DNA of 64,000 bases from Auanema rhodensis. Taxonomy: Eukaryota; Animalia; Nematoda. Location: NCBI GenBank assembly GCA_964057225.1, contig OZ059894.1, forward strand, positions 10,788,001 to 10,852,000, written 5' to 3'. Positions 54,452 through 64,000 of the stretch are shown piece after piece. The translations under genes and the position numbers were made by a program. The notes beneath the pieces are model-generated. The model saw only the letters and a list, made by a program, of their open reading frames with translations. It was not told the DNA's origin and made no database searches. The first letter of the stretch is position 1. The number at the start of each line of letters is the position of its first letter.

Positions 54452-55509
54452 AGCCAACAAAGGCTTTCAAATTCCTCACTACATGAGTATAATGCTTTAG
54501 CAGTTTTGTTATCTCATTCTATTTATTTGTGTCCTGTTCATTGCTTTACATGTTGTGTATACATGTTCATGTATGTATGTATATATTGTGAACTTTGGCA
54601 TTATAGCTGAGCTTAAGATTCATCTATTTCTATTGTAAAAGTTGCAGTATCTCCTCTTTCATCTTGTCGTATAGACTATGCTTTATATACTTTTCTATTT
54701 TATTATTTTATTTTTTTTCTGACTATTATTTTTCACCATCCCTATGAGAACTCTCTAATATGGGAGTTATTTTTCTTTTTATGAATGTCATGCTTCATAT
54801 TTCTTTTTGTTCTGATACTCTTCGTTCTTATATTGATCCCGAGGACTGAAATTCTTATTTGAACTTACTTTTATGCAGACGTACAATCCATATCTGAATT
54901 TCGTTCTAAAGTAAACTGATATGCTCTTTTCATGACGTCTCATTGAAGAAAAAGAATAGAACATACACTGAAGATCGGAAAAGCTCGAATTTCTTTGAAA
55001 AGTAATTGAAGAACAACTACGTTGTACCATTTGAGTTTTTTCTTAAAATTTATACATAAAATCATTTTCATAATCTTTATTTCTTGCACACAAATGATCA
55101 GTTCTTTTCTGTTCCTATAGACTTGCAATAGTTCAGGATGACAAACAGTAAGTGGGACAGAGACATTTAATGAAATTGATTATTGACTTACATTATTCTG
55201 AAATCTAATCAAGATTCTTACGAGAGGGACTTTGAAATATTGAAGAGAACTTAAATTCTTCATTTTTTGAGATCATAAAATCATTGCCTTGTTCGAATAC
55301 ATAAACATATAATGGTGTTTTCAATAAATTAAAGTAAAGCTCGCATAGATGATGCCCGTATTTGAAATAATAAGCTGGAAACGTTTAAGCAGAAAAGGGA
55401 AACTTCAAAACGTAGATGGAAGATATTAGACAGATCTGATTCGATTATCTAGATTTTTGTAAATTGGGGAAAGTATTGTATCAGAGTCTGCTTGTAATAA
55501 TTTGATCAG

Positions 55510-56627
55510 CTAATTGATTGGGCAATCAAAACATTCACATTGAAGAGCTGAAGGAATTCGAATTTGTCGAGGACCATCAACGCACGATAGCTCAGCATTT
55601 ACCTAAAAATGAGAGGTTGGAGTACTTAGTTGGATAGTTTAATAGTAAAAAGTCTTACCCATTCAGTATCGGTCATACGACAACATTTTGACACTCCAGC
55701 TGTTTTTCCGCTACGAGGACTGGGATAGGTCAGGGAGAAGCAGTATCCACTACATCGATTTACTCGCACTATGAGAAGTTCACACCCTTCTTCGTCTATT
55801 AATTCTTCAGCACCTAAAAAACCAATTTCTCTTTCATGTATATTTTATATTTTTTTAATGTGTCCCCATGGAAAATTAGATAATAGGCATACGTTTAGAG
55901 AAGGACAATATAAGCCGGAGTTTCCGTCAACTTTTGGATGGTAAGCCTTTAGCTCCGTGTTCATTGGTCATTAAAAAAACTCGGCTCAAAATTGATCATC
56001 CTGCAAAGATTTTCATGCGTGCAGTTGGGTGTGGATTTTGAGATGGTTTGAGTGGATTTTTGTTAACATGAGCGACAATTAAAAAAGATAGAAGAGTGGA
56101 CAGATAAAAGCAACGATATTTTAGTAATAAAAGAACGGAAATGTTTCGGTTGTATTTTAGAAATAGTGTGGACAGGCAAAGAAATATTTTTAAAGTTTGA
56201 TCTAAAATCATGATGAATCCTGATTTATCAAATTCAACATCACATAGAATCGTCTGATATCATCATGAAATAAACTTATCTTTCAAATGATAAAGGAGAA
56301 ACAGAGATTTGCTATTAGCTCGTAAAAATGGCAAAATCAACCCTAGCTTTAAATGCTTGTGTTTTACGGTCACGATTTTTGCAACAAACTGTGTTTTTGG
56401 AGTAAAAGAATCTGACGTCAATGTTTGGGTCAATTACAAGATATTATTAAAATCTAATTTCCAGTTTCAGTATTCTGAATAACTGAAAAATACTAACCAA
56501 CACGTTTACATTGTTGACCAATGGCGGCTGATATTGATGAAGATAGTAGAAAAAGAATAAATACGAAAAGCGGAGAAATTTTGAAGATATTTCGAAAATC
56601 AATCGGCCATCGTAGCAAAGGAGGCAT
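55510..56627 (-). CDS. flr-2: Glycoprotein hormone alpha-2-like cystine-knot protein (GPA2/FLR-2)
   Basis: Three exons: signal plus CKRV / GAEELIDEEGCELLIVRVNRCSGYCFSLTYPSP..KCCRM / LSCVDG.RQIRIPSALQCECFDC; ten cystine-knot cysteines. Confidence 0.88.
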
Positions 56628-59600
56628 CGCTGAAAAGAATGTTAGCATTATTACGTACTTTTTCGAGTTTGGGAACCATTGACCCACGATGCTTCCAAAA
56701 CATTTTGGAGAGAGATTATGTAGAAAACAGAAATAATTGCAAATATTCGAAGAACAAAACAAAAATCTTTTATAAACAATGCGAAAAAAAGTGTACAGAA
56801 GAGAATTTAAAAAAGTGCAAGAGCAGTGATGTGTTGATGATTCTATGTGTGAAATAGGCAATTTTTCGTTTTAAAAAAGTTGCTTATCATCCTATTAATC
56901 TATCTGTATATACATTTCTACAAGTTTATTTATAAAAGAATGAATAAAACGTATTCAAGAAAAGTAGAAGCGTGGAAATGAAATATAATAGATAGAAAAC
57001 AAAAAGAAGAAAAAAAAGTAGAATATGAACTGTATTTTTTTACTTAAATTTCCTAATAAACATAATTTATTTTTTGATTGTTTGATTGTTAGAAAAAAAA
57101 TAAAATAAATAGATTCTAAGAGAATATGGATCATATGAAATAACAAAAAAAAGTTGAAAATGCCTATGAATACGGTAAGAGACTAGCATAGATCGGAAAG
57201 AGTTAAACGGGATGCAGAGGCGTCTTAATGATATGGAACAAAATCCAAAGCGAGCATGTATATATAACAAGATTCTAAGAGTGCCTCTGGTAATAGATGA
57301 GACTACGCCTATACATATATATGGAGAAGGTCAGTCATCTACTCATATGAAGCATTTTGAGCGGCTTCAATGACGCGATTCAAAAAGAACAAGCTAAGAG
57401 TCAGCAAGCTCAACAATTCAAATTGAATATTTGCATCATCTCGACAGTATTTTTAGTCGGCTCAAAATGATATAGAAAATTCAAAAATTGTTAGAATGAT
57501 CTTTATAATATATCTTTTTTTTAATACCAAGAGCTCTAAAGCCGTATTTTAGAGATTTGATTATAAATATCGAATTTCATTTTTTTTAAAGAATTTTTTT
57601 TCATTCGTTTTGAACTTATTCGTATGTTTTATTCATATCTACTGACTTCTTATAGTTATAAATGGATATTTATTTTATAAAAATTATAAATTGAGAAAAA
57701 GTTTTAAATGAAATCTTGAAGAAGCAGGTAACGTTGCAAATTTAAAACAGCCTTTCCACATAAGAAGTTTATTTCTATTTCATGATAATAAAAGAAACGT
57801 CATGAGGCATATCAAAAGATGAAAATTTTTATTTATAGTGGTCAAAGTTAAATAAACAAAAACTTTTTTTGAAAATAATAAGAATTATTTTTTTGAATAA
57901 AAAGTGTGAAGCATTAGAACTTAATATGAATTGGACAAACTTTAAGAAAAGGTTGTGACGACAATGACGTTTATATATACGTTCTTTATGTTTTTGACTT
58001 TTTTTTCTTTGGTACACATAGGAACATAAACTTGGATTAACAGAAAAAAAAATAAGGACATTGAAAATATAAAATATATTTGAATAATTTAAAAAGAAAA
58101 AGTTAGAAAATGTTTGTTGGATATATCATTTTACAATAACAGAGTAAAAAAAGGAAAAAAAAAAGTTATAGAGAAAACAGATGAGAGATAAAGTAAGAAA
58201 AGTAGACAGAAAACTGAGATACTGATGAGCTCAGCTAATTGATGATGGCTAAACTTTGGAGTTTTTCGGTTTTTTTCTTTTCCATAATGTTACAGAGAGT
58301 CTTGTTTTCTCATTATAGTTATTACTTGAAACTCTTAATCCTCATTGAATATGTTTTGAAAGCAAATAACTAATGGGAAACAATTAGAAAACTTGATTGA
58401 AGGTGAAACTTTGTAAAAGCAATACATGTAATGGAAGAAATATAAAAATCTTTGAAAAATTTTATTTAAAATGAATAATTTACCAATATTTTATAAATTC
58501 CATGAAAAATGAAATATATGTTTACTTGATAAGTTAATCTTCATTTTTTATTTGTAAAACTGAAAAAAACTGATTGAACAATGTGAATATGAGACAGAAA
58601 ACGAATCTAGAGGACTATTTGAGAGTCAATTAGTAGGTGTTTCTCAAACAACTTGAGAACAAGAGGATAGCTTTCAGAAAAGGTCAATCTTACGTCTTTT
58701 AACAAATTGTGTTTGATGGAATTTTTGTGGCTGCCCCTCCCTTTGCAAGAGCATTAACTAAAATAATGACATAGTAATATCTACAGCATTTTGAAATATA
58801 ATATAAAATTATACGATAGGGGTCACGGCAGTGCCTTATCTAAATGTTCGAAAATTTGAACTAAAAATAGAAACTTTGAATTTAATCCCGTATTTGAGAC
58901 AGTATTATTGAAGCATTACTGAAATGTCAACGTTGATTAATGATAATATCAAGAAAACAATATAAACATTTCTTAATATAATATTTTAAATATATTATTA
59001 TTATTATTGATTTTAAATAAAAAAATATATTTAAGAGAAACAAAATATTTTTATAAATATATACAGAGAATAATCTACATATACTATACGTTATACATAT
59101 AATTAATATTATTTGTTTTAAAAGATTTTGAAAACTAATATGAATATCATATGATATTAGATTGAACGTTAACTTAGATTGAACGTTAAAGTGATATATC
59201 TAGCAACTTAAATGCTCAATAATTAATTACTAATGACTAAATACATAGATAAGAGAAGAAAATCAAAAGAAATTGGAAACCAACCAAAACCAATGAGTAA
59301 TGAGCGAAACAATATTTATACATCCTTCATAGTATACATAGTATATATATTATATATTATATAAAACATATATGAAAGGTTCTTTTTTGAAAATAAACTT
59401 CAGATTATTCAAGATAATTAGAAAAAAATAAAGGTTAGCGAGAATTTCACGGAATTATTTTTTGAAATATCGAATTCAATCAGAAAAATGTGTATTTTCT
59501 TTGGGAAAAAAATGAAATAGAAACAGATGATTTCAATTTTCTTGTTGTTGCCATATATAGTTTTGATATTTTCACAACAAAGGAAACTATTTGAAGACAA

Positions 59601-60516
59601 ATTGGTGTGAGAGGAACGAAGTATCAAGTTAAAAACTAAAAATGGAAGTACTCAGTTCCTTCAAGATTGAAAGTTGTTTCAGCGCAGAAATATAATATGA
59701 AATTGGAAGCCGAATGGATTAGACTATATCAATAAGTTGGCATAATAGAGTAAAGAGATAGGTAATATGAAGGGAAACCATTTTACTAAAGAATAGAAGA
59801 GATATTCAAAGACATGGAAGCTGGTGTGTCTGTCTATTTATGCACATATTAATTATAAATTCATCCTTGAATAGTAATTCTAACATATCAAATAGAATTA
59901 ATCTATGCGGGAAAAATATGTTAATTCTCTTGTTGCTCTTACTATATATATAATGAATACGTATTGTATATTTTTTTTCAAAATTTTAAATATCTTTAGA
60001 TTCAAAATTAAATAATTAAACTTACAAATTATAGTAAAACGGTTTATTTATATAATTCTTATAATTTTCAAATTAAAATAACTAATTATATTAATTTATA
60101 TTATTATAATTATATTTATGTATATATAGCTTTAATTCATATTTGAAATTTAAAGATTGTTCATTCATATTTTTCTTTGAAAATTGCTTCCTTGAAGCAG
60201 TACACATCCATCATTATTAGTTATGTAACGAGCTATCTTAGTTAATGTTTTTCAACTTGATAGTTATATAGTTAAAGTCAGTTATTGTTAATCTTCTTAA
60301 TTTTAAGCCTGTTTAGCGTCATCTTCTTGATGATTTTTGATCTCATTAGAAAAATTATGGCGAATGATTCGGCGAATTGTTATGAGCAAGTTGTGATCGT
60401 AAAAGAATTGAACCAGTATTAACAAGTGGGACGATATCCCAATTAGCATCACCTTGGATATATAAAAAGCTATGATTAAGTTCCTTTTTAAACTTTAAGC
60501 TTAATTTTACTAGAAG

Positions 60517-60842
60517 ATGATTCGCCAACTCCTGCTTCTTGCTATACTTGTAACATTTGTTTCTGCCCAATACTATGGTGGATATCCTTATTATGGTGGC
60601 GGATATGGAGGAGGACCTATGATGTACAGACCTTACAGGTGAGATTGAAAATTATTTTGTTTCATCACTTAACTTTTTAAATATAGAGGGGGATACTATG
60701 GTGGTGGATACCCATATGGCGGTGGATACGGATACGGAGGACCATACGGATGGCGAGGAGGCAAATAGAATATTGATAATCAAAAATCATAAACTAATAC
60801 TTTTTAGGTTTCCTTCGACAAATGATGTGGGGAAAAAAATAA
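60517..60842 (+). CDS. Gly/Tyr-rich secreted peptide, NLP-29/CNC-like antimicrobial peptide
   Basis: Signal MIRQLLLLAILVTFVSA then QYYGGY..MMYRPY..YGG; C-terminal WGKK reached via a GC-AG intron; TATA ~60459; AATAAA 60877. Confidence 0.8.
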
Positions 60843-61420
60843 TTACAATTATGTTCTACTATTTATTTGTACGGTGAATAAAGTTTATTTATTCCAACTC
60901 GTTTTCCCTTTTTCTCCTGAATTCTCAAACATGCTGAACAAACACTGGAATATTTGAAAGAAACCATTCTTCCAACTGGTTCTACACCTTTCTTGAGATA
61001 TAAAAAAATATCAGATGTTAAGAATGACAACTTGGTTGTTAATATCGGTTTCCTTGCGCCTGATCCAATATGCTTAAGAGAAACAGGCTTGAATTGATCA
61101 CCAGATTCAACGGTTTTTTCTAAAGTAAACTAATAAAAAAATATTTCTCTACCAGTTATCTTGATGATTAATTGATCTTCTTCATAATGACTCATTCTCG
61201 GTTAATGTGGGAAGGTTCGTGAAAAAATTGGAGGAAAAAATCTGCATTCAGTAATCTTAAAATGATCTTTAGATATTTGCTTAATGTTGTTCGGCAAAAA
61301 TTTCCAGACGCGTCAACGACTAAATATTTGTTAAATGGAGAGTAGAAAAGTGACAGTGAGCTTAGAATCTGTAGAATTATCAACTCGTTCGTGTTCCAAT
61401 AACTTTATAAGCATATTGGC

Positions 61421-62351
61421 ATGATTCTATACATTTTTGCAGTTTTAATTGGTATGATTTCTTCAAAATTTATTTTGAACGGTATTTTTTGTTTCAGCAG
61501 GAGTTTATTCACAATGCCCTTGGGGTTATACAGCATTAAATGGAGAAACAAGATGCCAAAATAGTAATTATTGCCAGGTAATATTATCTAGTTAACCACT
61601 CAAAAAGTTATAATTTCAAGGCTCTAGGTGGTAATACGTATGAATGCTTAAATGGACAATGCTGTAGAATTAATGGATGTATGTTGTCCATGTTTAATTT
61701 CTCTTAAAACTTTTTTATTATTTAGTATGTAATTCCCAAGAAGTAGCTATAAATGGAGAATGTTACCGGATGGCTACTAATGGAGAAAGATGTTCATATT
61801 CAGCTCAATGTCAACCAATGGGATCGTCAGAATGCGATAACGGAATATGTCGTTCAAGATCAAATCAGAATGAAAGTAAGTTACGAGTTTCTTCTATTTT
61901 GTAGTTTTGCGATACGATTATATTATGTTTTTATCGACTACTATTCATAGAATAATAGTTGTTATCCATTCATTTGAACTAATTCTATATTAAGGAGTAT
62001 GTATAAATCCACAAAATGTTGTTGAATATCTTAATAATGGTCAATATAAGAATTGTATGTATAACCAATGCTCATCAGGTTATAACTGTGAATATAGTCA
62101 GCTAGCTCAGCAATATATTTGCTGCGGTTTTGGTCCTGGCTCAACCAGACAGTATGATGATTCATTAGGTAATTTTATTGAAACTTATGAAAACAATATA
62201 AAAACTTAAAGGAAGAGTTCGATTATATCCAAGAACAACAATGCCATTGCAATGCAGCACAAAGAAAGGATGTATGTTTGATGATACTCCAAACTGTGTA
62301 TATTCATCAAGATATGGACATTATGTTTGTTGTACAACTTTTAATTGTTAA
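61421..62351 (+). CDS. Secreted Cys-rich protein with EB/lustrin-like modules
   Basis: Signal peptide; CLNGQCC; INGECY...GERCSYSAQC...SECDNGIC; CSSGYNCEYS..YICCG; CVYS..GHYVCC. Confidence 0.8.
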
Positions 62352-62489
62352 TTTTATACAAAAATTATGAATTTTGAGGAAATTGTTTTGAAACAAAAAA
62401 GAATTCAAATATAGAGTTTGTTGTCTGTTTTCTATCTGAAATATAAAAAATGTATTTAATGATGATGATGATGGCGTTTCTTTACATCT

Positions 62490-62770
62490 TTATCCGGAAG
62501 TATAAGTGTTATAACCGTTGTAATTATATCCATAACCGTTATATCCATTTGTATTATAACCATATTGACTATTGTAGTTATTATATCCATTATAGCCATT
62601 ATTATATCCATTATATCCATTGTTTGTATAGCCTGATGTTCCTGAAAATAAATAAGAAAATTGAAATGCTAATCAAATACCATACCACATCCAGATTCAG
62701 TAGTTATTGTAGGCAAGAAGAAAGCACAAGTGCTCATGATTACCATTAGGAAAACGAAAAGAAAACGCAT
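62490..62770 (-). CDS. Small secreted NGY-repeat peptide (2 exons)
   Basis: Signal MRFLFVFLMVIMSTCA; exon 2 GTSGYTNNGYNGYNNGYNGY...SG*; TATA ~62826-62834 on the minus strand. Confidence 0.75.
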
Positions 62771-63808
62771 GATTATCATAACAATTGAAGAAAATCTGTT
62801 ATCTACTTCTCCTGTTTTTCAGGGGTTTTATATAGCCAAATCTTTGATTAGTTTGAACTTGTATATTAGCTAAATTTTGACTGATTTGTTTATTAGGAAA
62901 CTTAATTCTTTCATTTGTGATGATTAAAAAATTATGAAACATAGAAAACATGGGTTAATTTCAACTATATGCTTCATTTCAGGTGGTAATATACAATAAT
63001 GTTTATAATTTTTAATGTTCGACCTCTGTAGTACTAGATACCTATGTAGATTGCCAAACGTTTCGTCCAATTTGTAGTGCAAGTCACCTTTGATTAATAT
63101 CCCTTAAAAGAGAAAATAACAAAAAAATAACTTTTACAAAGTGTTAAAATATATTTAACTGATATATACATATATATCTAAACTATATTGATTTAATTTC
63201 AACTTTTTATTATATTTTAAAAAAAAAAATTTAAAAATAAATGAATAGTTTGGTTAATAATTGAAAGTATTTCCATGAGAAACTATATTTTCGTATTTGC
63301 AAAACTAGTATTTGCAACAATATATCGTTGTATAAATAGTTCGTATGAATCTTATGTTAAAGTTTTTTTTGGTTAATGTTTCAACCTTAGTGCTTAATTT
63401 TGACCGTTAATTCCGATTCCGTTTTTGTTTTTTTTTTCGGTCTTTACATTTTAATAAAATAATTCTGAAAAATAGTTAAATATACATCTGTTTCCCACAT
63501 CAATTCAAGTTTTTGCTGTCTTAAACCATGTAATGAATTTTCAATCTCAAATTATTTTCTAATATCTGTAATCTAAAAAACAAAATAAAAAATAATTTTT
63601 TAATCATTTTAAGTGAACTTTTGATTTTTTATAATTTTTACTTATTCTGATTATTAAATATTAGATTTATATATTTATTTCAATGTTATTGATATATTTA
63701 AAATTAATTAAATTGAAAAATATTTATTATACATATATATAAGATATTTCAGAATAAAACATATATTTCCAATTAGATAGCTCAAGAAGAATGGGAAAGA
63801 AGTATTGA

Positions 63809-64000
63809 TTACTTTCCATACCAACCTGGAAAAACAATTTAATGAAAAAGTTATTCGTTTTTCATCGAAGAATCAAATGATTGTTCATGCTCATACCTCT
63901 GTATCCGCCTCCCCAAGGACGTCCATATCCATATCTTCCATAACCTCCATATCCTCCGCCATATGGACTATACATTCCGTATGGGCGCATCATGCCATAG
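63809..64000 (-). CDS. 3' part of an NLP-29/CNC-like Gly/Tyr-rich peptide (5' end outside window)
   Basis: YGMMRPYGMYSPYGGGYGGYGRYGYGRPWGGGYRG / WYGK*. Confidence 0.8.

Noticed and set aside
54788-55128. Minus-strand ORFs downstream of flr-2
   Set aside because: No coherent splice model or recognisable motif.
56639-56857. Cys/Lys-rich 72-aa ORF
   Set aside because: Lies antisense over the T-rich flr-2 upstream region, with no signal peptide or family pattern.
59157-59190. 17-bp tandem duplication TTAGATTGAACGTTAAC
   Set aside because: Only two copies; consistent with ordinary slippage.

Overview
AT-rich, gene-dense eukaryotic DNA with many ~40-55 nt GT-AG introns, TTTCAG/TTTTAG acceptors and Caenorhabditis-like gene families. 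This points to a rhabditid nematode; the species cannot be determined. Host genes assembled by manual splicing: a Q/N-rich secreted protein with a pepsin-inhibitor-like domain, threonine dehydrogenase, an aspartic protease with DTA in both catalytic motifs, a four-TM PY-motif protein, small secreted proteins, a GnRH-receptor-like GPCR, a Kunitz protein, a Cys-loop channel subunit, ceh-22, a TWK channel, trpp-6 and him-10 (divergent), a probable vps-37/mrpl-48/crn-2/umps-1 operon, flr-2 (GPA2), an EB-type Cys-rich protein and several Gly/Tyr-rich peptides. The most unusual object is a ~6.3 kb degenerate Polinton/Maverick-like element (19487-25752). Its ~600-bp inverted arms each encode an adenain-like cysteine protease, and each protease converges on the C-terminus of a different protein-primed PolB. 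Inside are an intron-containing PaREP1/HEPN-like cargo fragment, a truncated mariner and a Merlin-like terminus. A separate Merlin (IS1595/ISXO2) relic with an 8-bp TSD lies in an intron at 10291-11008. All family calls come from motif recognition without database searches, and exon boundaries were derived by eye.
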